From Coleofasciculus sp. B1-GNL1-01 (GTDB lineage: Bacteria; Cyanobacteriota; Cyanobacteriia; Cyanobacteriales; Coleofasciculaceae), in the NCBI GenBank assembly GCA_040220235.1, contig JAVJTO010000145.1: DNA of 48,276 nucleotides. One strand, written 5' to 3'. A model generated the notes under the pieces. The model was not told where the DNA came from. It worked only from the letters and a program-made list of their open reading frames with translations, and did not search any database. This document shows, one piece after another, positions 1 through 9,580 of the stretch. A program made the translations under genes and the position numbers. Position 1 is the first letter of the stretch. Every line of letters starts with the position of its first letter.

Positions 1-532
1 TTTGGTACTCTATCCCGCTAATCTCAGGGTTTTGCTTATGCTGCAAATCGAACCTGACTAGCTCTTGAGAGATAGCGGTAATTGGGCAAAGTTTCCTGAT
101 TCGCCTCACCCAAGTTTCAATGTTGGCAATGCGACTTTCAATAGATGGTGGCAACCATCCCTCTTTACGGGTTCTGTTTAAGAAACGAGGTTTGCGGTAA
201 CGGGTTTTACGATTACGTCTTCCTCTTCGCAATGAAGAGCGTGAATCAAGAGCGTCTTTAATTTGCTGCCCTCGGTGAGAGATTTCCAAGGCGTTTGTAA
301 CTCGCCCTGTCTCCTCTTGGACAACCGAAATTCCAGTAGTCTTGCTACCCGGGTCGATTTTGATTCTATGAAAATGAGTAACTGAATCTTCAATAACTCT
401 ATCCTGTAAAACAATAGTGAATGGATAGCGTTTAAATACTTTAGCCCTTCCTTTGTTCAGTAGTTCTCTTGCCCTGGCAGGGTGGCAGGGGTCAAGAGGT
501 TTCAATTTTTTATCTAGTACGAAAACTCGCAT
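1..532 (-). CDS. iscB: IscB RNA-guided endonuclease (IS200/IS605 OMEGA), N-terminal 177 codons, truncated by window edge
   Basis: Manual translation from ATG at 532 stays open to base 1: MRVFVLDKKLKPLDPCHPARARELL (PLMP domain), RIKIDPGSKTTG (RuvC-I), LRRGRRNRKTRYRKPRFLNR (RRXRR bridge helix), GWLPPS, QELVRFDLQ..NPEISGIEYQ. Not in the ORF track. Confidence 0.95.
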   Translation of the reverse strand, partial: MRVFVLDKKLKPLDPCHPARARELLNKGRAKVFKRYPFTIVLQDRVIEDSVTHFHRIKIDPGSKTTGISVVQEETGRVTNALEISHRGQQIKDALDSRSSLRRGRRNRKTRYRKPRFLNRTRKEGWLPPSIESRIANIETWVRRIRKLCPITAISQELVRFDLQHKQNPEISGIEYQ

Positions 533-808
533 TACTTTGAGACTCTCATTACTGGTAAAGTTTGCCTCGACGAGGTTAAGACTCGGTACTTTCTGAGTAA
601 CACTGGCTTTTCCGAATGACCTGTTTAATTACCCAGTTGTAGAGCTTGGAACTGGCACGCATCCCAAGGTACGAACTTTAACTCTTAGTCTTAACGGCTG
701 CTCGGTTCGGCTCCGCTCACGCCCGCGAAGTCGAGGTGAGCCGTCTGGTCAACAGACTTTATTCAAGTCCACACCATACCCGATCAGGGTTGGTGTGCGG
801 TAGTTGAC
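1..808. mobile_element. IS200/IS605-family IscB element; one end at 808, other end outside window
   Basis: Plus strand has subterminal hairpin CACACCA..TGGTGTG followed by GGTAGTTGAC, the same end layout as the TnpB element (hairpin + GGTAGTTTAT). Confidence 0.8.
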
Positions 809-828
809 GCTTAGACCCTCGCTTTGCA
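533..828 (-). ncRNA. IscB omegaRNA (HEARO-type scaffold 808 to ~533; predicted 5' guide ~828-809)
   Basis: Minus strand begins GTCAACTACC..GTTGACCAGA, contains CCTTGGGATGCGTGCCAGTTCCAAGCTCT and TTAAACAG..CCAGTG, and ends GTCGAGGCAAACTTTACC just upstream of the iscB ATG; typical HEARO layout. Guide length is assumed. Confidence 0.88.
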
Positions 829-930
829 CTTCGACGGTTTGGTTGTAATGTCACAACCGATAGAACCGCGACTTAACACTATACCGTATATCCGACATTC
901 TGTCTTATACCAAGTTAGGGAACGGGGAAC

Positions 931-976
931 ACCTCGACCCTTCGACAGGCTCAGGACATCGCTTCGCTCGGTGTGT
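931..976 (+). repeat. 22-nt SDR-like mini-element carrying a nested 24-nt insert
   Basis: ACCTCG[ACCCTTCGACAGGCTCAGGACATC]GCTTCGCTCGGTGTGT. The outer unit and preceding GGGAAC match those at 45481-45552. Confidence 0.75.
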
Positions 977-1042
977 CATGAGGAATCAAATTAATAACCG
1001 GGGTTTGGTTTCCAAACCCCTACGGAAATTCAAATGAAACTT

Positions 1043-1075
1043 GTTAACCTTCTCTTTACGAATGAGGAGTATCCT
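1043..1075 (+). promoter_or_regulatory. Putative SphR/PhoB Pho box and -10 of pstS
   Basis: GTTAACCT and CTTTACGA repeat at 11-bp period (cyanobacterial PyTTAAPyPyT consensus), TATCCT at 1070-1075, directly upstream of the pst operon. Confidence 0.55.
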
Positions 1076-1104
1076 GCAAGAGACTTCCCATAGTGTAACT
1101 GTCT

Positions 1105-2259
1105 TTGAGGCTTAGTCAAATGGTGTTCCGTCTCGCTTTCATCAATCCAGCTCGTGTAGTGCGCTCCGTTTCCGTGCTAGCTCTAGCCATTAGCCTAGTG
1201 GCGTGTGGAGGGCAGCAAGAGGCTGACACAGGTGGAGAAACCGATCAAACTGACATGGGTGCGGGTGAGGACAAACTTGCCCTCGCTGAATCTGTAGCGC
1301 TAACCGGTGCTGGTGCATCGTTCCCCGCCCCGATCTATCAGCGTTGGTTCCAAGAACTCAGTAGTCAATATCCGATGCTGCAGGTTAACTATCAATCCGT
1401 CGGCAGTGGTGCTGGTGTGGAACAGTTTACTCAAGGTACGGTAGACTTCGGCGCTAGCGATGTGGCAATGAAGGATGAAGAAATCGCGGAAGTCGATAGA
1501 GGCGTTCTCATGCTGCCGATGACAGCGGGTAGTATCGTACTCGCTTATAATCTTGATGGGATAGAAGAATTGAAACTGCCACGGGATGTGTATGTAGATA
1601 TTCTCCTTGGTGAAATTACCAACTGGAATGATCCGGCAATTGCGGCAGCAAACGAGGGTGTAGAGTTACCCGATCAGCCGATTACCGTGATTCACCGTTC
1701 CGATGGCAGTGGTACCACAGGCGTCTTTACCAAACACCTGAGTGCAATTAGTCCGGAGTGGGAAGAGCAAGTTGGTGAAGGCAAAACCGTCGAGTGGCCC
1801 ACCGGGGTTGGCGCAAAGGGAAATGAAGGGGTTACGGCTCAGATTCAACAAACCGATGGTGCGATCGGCTATGTCGAATACGGCTACGCCAAGAATAATG
1901 ACCTTAACTTTGCTGCTTTAGAAAACCAATCCGGGAATTTTGTCACGCCCAGTGATGAATCGGCGTCTAAAACCTTAGAAGCGGTTACATTACCGGAAAA
2001 TCTGCGGGCATTTATTGCTGATCCTGAAGGCGAGGAATCCTATCCCATTGTTACTTATACTTGGCTTTTGGCTTACCAAGAGTATGATGATCCAGAGAAG
2101 GCGAAATCCTTAGAAGCAACAATTGAGTATATGTTGACGGAAGGTCAAGAAATTGCCCCAGATTTAGGGTATGTGAAACTGCCGCCCAATGTCAGGGAAA
2201 AAGTGGCAGAGGCAGCTGATGTGATTAGCGACGAGTATGACATTGAGGTGAGTGAATAG
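1105..2259 (+). CDS. pstS: Phosphate ABC transporter substrate-binding lipoprotein PstS (true start may be ATG 1120)
   Basis: Lipobox LVAC; GAGASFPAP, YQSVGSGAG, DFGASD, HRSDGSGTT motifs; first gene of operon. Confidence 0.96.
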   Translation: MRLSQMVFRLAFINPARVVRSVSVLALAISLVACGGQQEADTGGETDQTDMGAGEDKLALAESVALTGAGASFPAPIYQRWFQELSSQYPMLQVNYQSVGSGAGVEQFTQGTVDFGASDVAMKDEEIAEVDRGVLMLPMTAGSIVLAYNLDGIEELKLPRDVYVDILLGEITNWNDPAIAAANEGVELPDQPITVIHRSDGSGTTGVFTKHLSAISPEWEEQVGEGKTVEWPTGVGAKGNEGVTAQIQQTDGAIGYVEYGYAKNNDLNFAALENQSGNFVTPSDESASKTLEAVTLPENLRAFIADPEGEESYPIVTYTWLLAYQEYDDPEKAKSLEATIEYMLTEGQEIAPDLGYVKLPPNVREKVAEAADVISDEYDIEVSE

Positions 2260-2488
2260 CATCACAGCACCTGAAAGAGATAAGAGAATTGGGAGTTAAA
2301 ATACTTCCACTCAGTTGGGGCGGGTTAAAAAAAAGCAACAATAATCGTGAAACCCGTCCCACCACACAACCCGTTGTTCTCGAAGATCACCAAGCGTCTT
2401 TCCCATCTGCTCCAGTGCTTCAGATACTAGGTTTGATCGATCCACTGGTATCCTTGAATTTTCTAATGTCGGTTCACTCTATTCAATT

Positions 2489-3439
2489 ATGACCACACAA
2501 GCTGAGTCCCATTCAGCAATACTCCCCCAACGATCAGGTCGTGAAAAAACGACGGATCGGGGGTTTGTCTGGCTGGCTCGCATTTTGGCGCTGTCAGTCG
2601 CGGGTATTTTAATCTTCATCGCGATCACGGTGGGCATAGAAGCCTTACCTGCGATTCGGGAATTCGGTCTGAATTTTCTGGTCAACAGCGCTTGGAATCC
2701 CGTAGAAAATGACTATGGGGCGCTCCCCATGATCTATGGGACACTGGTGAGTTCCGCGATCGCACTATTGTTTGCTGTACCCCTGGGAATTGGCACCGCC
2801 GTCTTTTTGAGCGAAGACTTTCTGCCCAAATCAGCGCGAATGACCCTCGTGTTTATGGTAGAACTGTTAGCGGCGATTCCTAGTGTGGTTTATGGGCTAT
2901 GGGGTATTTATGTTTTAGTGCCAATCCTGTTACCCATTGAACAGTGGCTGCATAACACCTTTGGCTGGATTCCCCTGTTTGGTACGGAACCGACTCGTGT
3001 GGGTATGTTTCCGGCAGGGATTATCTTAACGGTGATGATTTTGCCAATTATCACGGCAATTTCTCGTGATTCCCTGGCATCTCTCCCTCCTGATCTGCGA
3101 CAAGCGTCCCTAGGATTGGGAGCTACTCGCTGGCAAACCATTTTTCGAGTTCTAATTCCAGCAGCATTTTCAGGCATTGTTGGTGGCATAATGTTAGGGC
3201 TAGGTCGAGCCATGGGAGAAACCATGGCAGTCACCTTGCTGATTGGTAATGCCAATCAACTTAATTTTTCTCTACTCGCCCCCGCCAATACGATTGCCTC
3301 CCTATTGGCTAACCAATTTGCCGAAGCGTCAGGTTTACAGGTGGCGGCTTTAATGTATGCCGGGTTTGTGCTATTTGTCCTAACCCTAATCGTGAACATT
3401 CTGGCGGAGTTGATTGTGCGCCAAGTTAAGAAGTTTTAA
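2489..3439 (+). CDS. pstC: Phosphate ABC transporter permease PstC
   Basis: VELLAAIPSVVYGLWG, ASLGLGATRWQT, GRAMGETMAV; operon position. Confidence 0.96.
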   Translation: MTTQAESHSAILPQRSGREKTTDRGFVWLARILALSVAGILIFIAITVGIEALPAIREFGLNFLVNSAWNPVENDYGALPMIYGTLVSSAIALLFAVPLGIGTAVFLSEDFLPKSARMTLVFMVELLAAIPSVVYGLWGIYVLVPILLPIEQWLHNTFGWIPLFGTEPTRVGMFPAGIILTVMILPIITAISRDSLASLPPDLRQASLGLGATRWQTIFRVLIPAAFSGIVGGIMLGLGRAMGETMAVTLLIGNANQLNFSLLAPANTIASLLANQFAEASGLQVAALMYAGFVLFVLTLIVNILAELIVRQVKKF

Positions 3440-3505
3440 TCATTCAAACCTCAAAACCCTGCCCGACTAGCGGGTTAGGTCAACAATCAAAACATAAAAG
3501 AGTTT

Positions 3506-4417
3506 ATGTCCGAGAATCTCCCCGATAAACAAGCTGAAGACTTTCCCACTCACAGTTTTACCCGTTCATACACGAGTGGGCGATCGCTGTTTGGGATCAT
3601 AATGACCATCTTAGCCGGAGCTTGTCTGGTTATTGCCTTGATCCCGTTGTTTGCGGTAATTATCTATGTGATCATCAAAGGATTTAACCGCCTGAACTTA
3701 GACTTATTTACCGAGTTACCCCCAGCAGCGGGTTTATCCGGTGGCGGTGTAGGCAATGCGATTGCTGGGACGTTGATTGTCATCGCAATTGGGGCGCTGA
3801 TTAGTGTTCCCATTGGGGTTTTAGCCGCCGTTTATCTGTCCGAATTTAGTTCGGGTCCAATTGCTCGCTGGATTCGCTTTGCCACTAACGTTTTAAGTGG
3901 TGTCCCTTCAATTATTGCTGGAATATTTGCTTACGGGATTATCGTAGTTGGATCGGCGTTTGTTCCCTGTTCAGGTAGCTTTTCTGCATTTGCAGGAGGC
4001 GTTGCTCTGGCGGTATTGATGTTACCAATTATCATCAGAACCACCGATGAAGCGCTGCAAATTGTGCCTCAGGATGTGCGCTGGGCATCTGTGGGTGTGG
4101 GAGCGTCGGAATATCAAACGGTATTGAGAGTAGTTCTGCCCGCTGCTTTACCCGCTATCCTGACAGGAACCACCTTAGCAGTGGCTCGCGCCGCTGGGGA
4201 AACCGCCCCGTTGATTTTTACGGCTCTATTCACCTTCTTTTGGCCCTCAGGAATATGTGACCCGACTCCCTCGCTAGCCGTGTTAGTTTACAATTTTGCC
4301 ACCTCGCCTTTTTCGGCTCAGCAAGAATTAGCCTGGGCAGCTTCTTTACTCATGGTGGCTTTGGTCTTACTCACCAGTGTGATTTCTCGTTGGGCAACCC
4401 GGAAAAGCATTTACTGA
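3506..4417 (+). CDS. pstA: Phosphate ABC transporter permease PstA
   Basis: LSGVPSIIAGIF, ARAAGETAPL; follows pstC. Confidence 0.96.
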   Translation: MSENLPDKQAEDFPTHSFTRSYTSGRSLFGIIMTILAGACLVIALIPLFAVIIYVIIKGFNRLNLDLFTELPPAAGLSGGGVGNAIAGTLIVIAIGALISVPIGVLAAVYLSEFSSGPIARWIRFATNVLSGVPSIIAGIFAYGIIVVGSAFVPCSGSFSAFAGGVALAVLMLPIIIRTTDEALQIVPQDVRWASVGVGASEYQTVLRVVLPAALPAILTGTTLAVARAAGETAPLIFTALFTFFWPSGICDPTPSLAVLVYNFATSPFSAQQELAWAASLLMVALVLLTSVISRWATRKSIY

Positions 4418-4538
4418 ATTATGAGTTATGAATTACCCAATTAACCTACCTATATAGATATAGAAAAGGTTCAAAGTCTAAACCTTAAAATCCAGTTATC
4501 GTAGTAGCAAGTAACCTAAAAAGTAAGGGGGAATTATC

Positions 4539-5366
4539 ATGGAATCTAATCAAAAAGTTGCCAGTCCGAATCAAGGTAATGAGGAATCAACAGAAACGGT
4601 TTTACATACGGAAAACCTAGATATATACTATGGCAAATTTTTAGCGGTTAAGGGGGTATCTATGGAGATTCCCAAAAACCGCATCACGGCTCTGATTGGT
4701 CCTTCGGGTTGTGGTAAAAGTACATTGATCCGTTGCTTCAACCGTCTCAATGATTTAATCGACGGGTTTCACATTGAGGGTAAGGTTTACTATCGCCAGA
4801 AAGACCTTTATGACAAAAGCGTTGATTCGGTAGAAGTAAGACGGCGAATTGGTATGGTGTTTCAAAAACCCAACCCATTCCCCAAATCAATTTATGACAA
4901 TATTGCTTATGGTGCCAGGGTGAATAATTACCAAGGGAACCTCGATGAGTTGGTTGAAAGCTCTCTGCGTGGTGCCGCGTTATGGGATGAGGTCAAAGAT
5001 AAGCTGAAAACCAACGGGATGTCCCTATCTGGGGGACAACAGCAACGATTGTGTATTGCCCGTGCGATCGCGATTAACCCGGATGTGGTATTAATGGACG
5101 AACCTTGTGCATCTCTTGACCCGATTTCCACCCTTAAGGTTGAAGACTTAATGCACGAACTGAAACAAAAGTACAGTATTGTGATTGTGACGCACAATAT
5201 GCAGCAAGCCACACGGGTTGCTGATATGACTGCCTTCTTCAATGCCAGAGCCACAGAAAAGGGGGGAAAACAGGGGTATTTAGTTGAGTACGACGAAACC
5301 GAAAATATCTTTCAAAATCCCAAAGAGGAAGCCACAAAAGACTATGTAAGCGGGCGTTTCGGCTAA
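4539..5366 (+). CDS. pstB: Phosphate ABC transporter ATP-binding protein PstB
   Basis: [47 protein letters not shown] end. Confidence 0.97.
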   Translation: MESNQKVASPNQGNEESTETVLHTENLDIYYGKFLAVKGVSMEIPKNRITALIGPSGCGKSTLIRCFNRLNDLIDGFHIEGKVYYRQKDLYDKSVDSVEVRRRIGMVFQKPNPFPKSIYDNIAYGARVNNYQGNLDELVESSLRGAALWDEVKDKLKTNGMSLSGGQQQRLCIARAIAINPDVVLMDEPCASLDPISTLKVEDLMHELKQKYSIVIVTHNMQQATRVADMTAFFNARATEKGGKQGYLVEYDETENIFQNPKEEATKDYVSGRFG

Positions 5367-6076
5367 GTTTGATCCTCCCCAACAAACCCTTGCTTCATCC
5401 CACGGATATACAGTTCCAGATGGGATTGAATCCAGTGGGCAGTTTCCGGGTATCCCAACTCAATGGCTGTTTGTTCAGCCGCCAACCAACTATACAAAGC
5501 CGTTTTATTGGCAGCTTGAATCGCTTCTAATCCTTGCATCACCGAATGGGGTACAGGAATGGGGGCAGTTGCTTCTTTGAGAAAATCAATCCCGGCTGGC
5601 AAAACAACCTGGTTATTTTCAACCCGAATCACTCCCTGATCCGTGGGATCTTCGCCTTGCCAGTTAACTTCACCCTGCAACTGATACCCCCAAGGTTGGA
5701 GGAAATGAAGGATCAGGTATTGTAACCAAGCGATGTAGTGATAAAACTTTTCACCACCATCCCACTGAATTCCACTGCCATCGGAGGTGGGAATCCACTG
5801 ACACCACAAGCCAGGTTGATCAGAGGGGGATTTATTATAGTCAACCACTGAAATCTCATCGTGGTCTTCATCCCATTGTTGATTGACAAAATAGCCGCCA
5901 TCTGTTCCTAAGGGTAATCCGACGGCAACTCTGGCGGGATCAGGAGCATTTTGCAGTACAGTGACATCCCGCTTAACCCGCCGCGTATTGGCAAATGCCA
6001 GTAAATAGAGAACTTGGCTATCCAATAATCGTTGATCGAGGCTGAAGGTTCCCTCGAAGGAAGTGGTATAACCCAT
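5363..6076 (-). CDS. Hypothetical protein: phage-type N-terminal domain plus DUF5049-like C-terminal helical domain
   Basis: 237-aa ORF; MGYTTx[29 protein letters not shown] motif set recalled from phage hypotheticals. Family calls are from memory. Confidence 0.75.
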   Translation of the reverse strand: MGYTTSFEGTFSLDQRLLDSQVLYLLAFANTRRVKRDVTVLQNAPDPARVAVGLPLGTDGGYFVNQQWDEDHDEISVVDYNKSPSDQPGLWCQWIPTSDGSGIQWDGGEKFYHYIAWLQYLILHFLQPWGYQLQGEVNWQGEDPTDQGVIRVENNQVVLPAGIDFLKEATAPIPVPHSVMQGLEAIQAANKTALYSWLAAEQTAIELGYPETAHWIQSHLELYIRGMKQGFVGEDQT

Positions 6077-6084
6077 GGTGTGCT

Positions 6085-6285
6085 TCAGTCGTTTGCTAAA
6101 GGATGACGGCTTTGTGCCTTGTCAATCAAATCCTCCGCCATCTCCACCGCCATCAGGATCAGTTTCTGTTCTATCTGTCCTTGGTGTCCCTCATCACTAA
6201 TTGTGGTGTAAATATGAGGATTAGCCAGCATCCCTGCGAGTAATTGGGATGCTATTTGTTTAACGTCGTTCGTTTTTGAGTCCAT
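6085..6285 (-). CDS. Small helical hypothetical protein (66 aa from ATG 6285)
   Basis: MDSKTNDVKQIASQLLAGMLANPHIY..; GGAG/GAGG-like purine run upstream; 8-nt gap to next gene. Confidence 0.75.
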   Translation of the reverse strand: MDSKTNDVKQIASQLLAGMLANPHIYTTISDEGHQGQIEQKLILMAVEMAEDLIDKAQSRHPLAND

Positions 6286-6439
6286 TTTCAACACCTCTGG
6301 AGTACAGCGACCATTGCAACAAGGTAACATTTTTGGGGGTTTGGTAAGCAAACCCTGGCTCAAATCCTCAAAACTCAAAACTATGGATCACCAATCCGGG
6401 TTAGGATCGATTTTACTTTGGAAATTTTGTCTATGGTGA

Positions 6440-6847
6440 ATGATGCTTATGAAGCGCTACTTATCCCGTCTTGTTGCCCTTGTCCTCGTGGTTGCGATCG
6501 CGCTAACGGGGTGTTCGTCCAGCAGTACTGGCTTGGTTGGCAATTATCGCCAAGACACTCTAACCGCCTTGGACTCCTTGAGAGCGGCTATTGAACTACC
6601 GGAAGATGCGCCTGATAAGGCAGAGGCTCAATCAAAAGCGCGTCAAAGCATTAATGAGTATATTTCTCGCTATCGTCGAGATGGATCGGTCGCCAACCTC
6701 AGTTCGTTCTCTACAATGAGAACAGCTCTCAATTCTCTGGCAGGTTACTACAGCTCTTATCCCAATCGTCCCTTACCCCAAAAGCTCAAAGACCGTCTAG
6801 AGCAAGAATTCCGGCAGGTGGAACGAGCGATAAGACGCGGCGCTTAA
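6440..6847 (+). CDS. psb27: Photosystem II assembly lipoprotein Psb27
   Basis: Lipobox LTGC; YISRYRR, SFSTMRTALNSLAGYYSSYPNRPLP motif. Confidence 0.96.
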   Translation: MMLMKRYLSRLVALVLVVAIALTGCSSSSTGLVGNYRQDTLTALDSLRAAIELPEDAPDKAEAQSKARQSINEYISRYRRDGSVANLSSFSTMRTALNSLAGYYSSYPNRPLPQKLKDRLEQEFRQVERAIRRGA

Positions 6848-6900
6848 CCTGATTTAAAGGGAGATGGGGGAGATGGGGGAGTTAACTTAACAGTTAGTTC

Positions 6901-6963
6901 GGGCGGGTTTTGTCGAAACGTTACCATCAATAGCTACAAGAAAATCCCTAAACCCGCCCCTAC
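6901..6963. repeat. REP-like inverted repeat (GTAG family)
   Basis: GGGCGGGTTT..AAACCCGCCCCTAC. Relatives at ~2317-2362, ~998-1023, 18692-18717, ~18777-18844, 31655-31682, ~41714-41743 and 44411-44438. Confidence 0.75.
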
Positions 6964-7218
6964 ACATTCATGCGCCATGCCCTCGAACGCCATGAAAGGT
7001 CAAAACTTCCTCCCCTCCCATCCATCAAGATAACCTGAGCGCCATTGTCCGGAAACAGGACAAAATCCCAGAAGCTAAAAAAGAACGTCCTTAATTCTGT
7101 CTGGGATAATTTGTCGATTCGTTCGATTGTCTGTTAATACTAAAGACACCCACTTCATCAACCCCGCCTTTGCTTCGGAGAAGATGGGGATACCCGCGAT
7201 TAATGTTGTTGTTCTTTT

Positions 7219-8715
7219 GTGGTTTTTGTAGGAATGTCCAACGGTCTTGTCCCTAGAGGATGGCATTGGCGCTATTATTATCGCTCACTGGTTGCCGCCT
7301 TATTGACGAGTAGTATCATCACTCAGGGCTACGTGGCTAAAACGGCTCAAGCTCAAACGGCTGCCTATTGCCACTTTACGGATGATGCGATCGCGCAAAA
7401 AGAAAGCCTGCGCCAGGGTGCGATTAAAGGAAATCCAGATTTCAATAACCGCTATAAAGCCATCGTCAAGCAACATGGTGACGTTTTGCGCCAATGCCGC
7501 GATCGCACCTTCCCCCAAGACCAAGCAATATGGCTACGTCTCTATGCCTGTGATGTTCGTGCGGGTGCGATTGATGAGATTCTCGACCGGATTGTCAATC
7601 GAGGCTACAACAAGGTCTATGTTGAAGTCTTTTCCGATGGTCAAGTCTTGCTCCCCGCCTCAGACAACCCCACCCCCTGGCCCCCCGTGGTGCGAACACC
7701 GGGATATGAACGGGTCGATTTATTAGCCCAGACGATTCAAAAAGGGCATGAACGGGGATTGCGAGTTTATGCCTGGATGTTCTCGATGAACTTCGGCTAC
7801 AGGTATGCTCAACGCAGCGATCGGCAACGGGTTCTGGCTCGCAATGGTCGCGGTCAAACCAGTTTATCCTATGTCCATGACCAGTCCCAAGCCTTTGTTG
7901 ATCCCTATAATAATCAAGCTAAAACGGATTACTATCAATTGGTTCAATCAGTGACGAAACGTCGTCCTGATGGTGTTTTATTTGACTATATTCGTTATCC
8001 GCGTGGCACTGGCTCAGATTCAGTTGCCACTAAAGTAAAAGATTTATGGATTTATAGTGATGCGTCTCGACAAGCCTTATATAATCGCGCTCTTAATAAT
8101 CAAGGGCGCGAACTGATTCAGCGCTATGTACAGGATGGTTCAATTAGCGCTAGCGATGTAGAATCCGTCAAGACGCGCTATGCCAACGAATCCACCCCAC
8201 TGTGGCAAGGGCGATCGCCTGCAAGTTCGGATAGTGCAGCAACGTTAAACTGGCAACTGTGGCAGCTTAGTGTAGCTCATGCGGCTCAAGGGGTGTTAGA
8301 TTTTCTTTCCATGGCAACATTACCCGTTCAACGGGCGGGAATCAAAGCCGGAGCCGTATTTTTTCCCGATGGCAATCAAGTGGTAGGACGAGGGGGGTAT
8401 GATTCTCGATTGCAACCTTGGGATCATTTTTCCCCATCCTTAGAGTGGCATCCCATGTCCTACGGCGTTTGCGGTCATACGGGTTGTATTGAGAGTTTAG
8501 TCCGACGAGTGGTGGATAAAGCACCCCTGAATACCAAAATCACACCAGCACTAGCCGGAACCTGGGGTAAATCTGTCAGCAATCGCCCCTCTCTAGAAAA
8601 GCAGATGCAGGCAATCCGCCAACGAATACCTGGTGTCAGTGGTATCAGTCATTTTGCCTTTTCCTGGCAAGATCCTCAATTTGACCGCGATCGCAAGTTC
8701 TGTCGGTTACAGTAA
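7219..8715 (+). CDS. Secreted glycoside hydrolase family 10-like (GHL10/DUF187) protein; start probably ATG 7234 or later
   Basis: Signal-like N-terminus (TAQAQ); GYNKVYVEVF, GLRVYAWMF, PDGVLFDYIRYP motifs. Confidence 0.8.
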   Translation: MVFVGMSNGLVPRGWHWRYYYRSLVAALLTSSIITQGYVAKTAQAQTAAYCHFTDDAIAQKESLRQGAIKGNPDFNNRYKAIVKQHGDVLRQCRDRTFPQDQAIWLRLYACDVRAGAIDEILDRIVNRGYNKVYVEVFSDGQVLLPASDNPTPWPPVVRTPGYERVDLLAQTIQKGHERGLRVYAWMFSMNFGYRYAQRSDRQRVLARNGRGQTSLSYVHDQSQAFVDPYNNQAKTDYYQLVQSVTKRRPDGVLFDYIRYPRGTGSDSVATKVKDLWIYSDASRQALYNRALNNQGRELIQRYVQDGSISASDVESVKTRYANESTPLWQGRSPASSDSAATLNWQLWQLSVAHAAQGVLDFLSMATLPVQRAGIKAGAVFFPDGNQVVGRGGYDSRLQPWDHFSPSLEWHPMSYGVCGHTGCIESLVRRVVDKAPLNTKITPALAGTWGKSVSNRPSLEKQMQAIRQRIPGVSGISHFAFSWQDPQFDRDRKFCRLQ

Positions 8716-8784
8716 AGTTTTATCAGAAACTTTGTCCAGGTGATTACTATAGGCAGAGTCGTTCGTAAGGCAAGTGAAACAATA

Positions 8785-9429
8785 ATGGTAACGCTGCAAT
8801 TGAGACAAATTAGTGTACCGCCCGGACATCGAGTGCTGCTTTATGAGGTGGATTGGTCGGAATTTGAAGCGATTTTAGCGGAATTGGGAGAGCATCGCGC
8901 TAGTCGAGTGGCTTATCTCGATCATACGTTGGAGATTAGGATGCCTTTGCCGGAACATGAAAAAGCCAAGGTTATTATTGGAGATTTATTAAAGATATTA
9001 CTAGATGAATTAGAAATTGATTGGGAACCCTTCGGATCAACGACGTTTAAACGACAAGATATGATGGCGGGAATTGAACCCGATGATTGTTTTTATATCC
9101 AAAATGCAGCTCGGATGATTGGGCGAGAAAGTCTGGATTTAACCGTTGATCCGCCGCCTGATTTGGCAATAGAAATAGATGTAACGTCTAAGACTCAGTT
9201 GAGTGCGTATCAGGTGTTAGGGGTGCCAGAAATTTGGCGCTATCAGAATCGCCGATTGCAGGTTTATGTGGTGCAATCAGGAAAGTATGTTGAATTAGCG
9301 ACAAGTCCGACGTTTCCTGATTTTCCAGTGATTGAGGAATTTTCTCGCTTTTTAGAGATGGCACGACTGTCGGGAACAAGTCAGGCTTTAAGAGCGTTTC
9401 GGCGATGGGTGAGGGACAGAGGAAATTAG
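8785..9429 (+). CDS. Uma2 (DUF820) PD-(D/E)xK family endonuclease-like protein
   Basis: MPLPEHE, GSTTFKR, EPDDCFYIQN, PPPDLAIEIDVTS, LGVPEIWRY; start set at MVTLQLRQI. Confidence 0.92.
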   Translation: MVTLQLRQISVPPGHRVLLYEVDWSEFEAILAELGEHRASRVAYLDHTLEIRMPLPEHEKAKVIIGDLLKILLDELEIDWEPFGSTTFKRQDMMAGIEPDDCFYIQNAARMIGRESLDLTVDPPPDLAIEIDVTSKTQLSAYQVLGVPEIWRYQNRRLQVYVVQSGKYVELATSPTFPDFPVIEEFSRFLEMARLSGTSQALRAFRRWVRDRGN

Positions 9430-9462
9430 GGGCTGCTGAATCTAACGTTCACGGTATTTTGA

Positions 9463-9580
9463 TAAGTAGGTGGACACAATTAAAGTTAATGGTTGAGATT
9501 AGGGAACAGGGAACGGGGAATAGGGAACAGTAAGGGAAACCCGCCCCGACTGTAGTGCGAGCGTCTCGCTCGCTATTTTG
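9463..9580. repeat. Repeat pile-up: half TAAGTAGG-type MITE, GGGAACA heptamers, REP half and GTAGTGCGAGC palindrome
   Basis: TAAGTAGGTGGACACAATTAAAGTTAAYGGTTGAGATTAGGGAACAGGGAAC is shared with 41461; GCGAGCGTCTCGCTCGC palindrome follows. Confidence 0.75.

Noticed and set aside
178..414. 78-aa minus-strand ORF in the track
   Set aside because: Out-of-frame shadow of the real iscB frame (532 to <1).
809..875. Loose resemblance of the IscB flank to the 5' part of a Cas12k tracrRNA
   Set aside because: No cas12k, tns genes or CRISPR repeats nearby; similarity is limited to a few short motifs.
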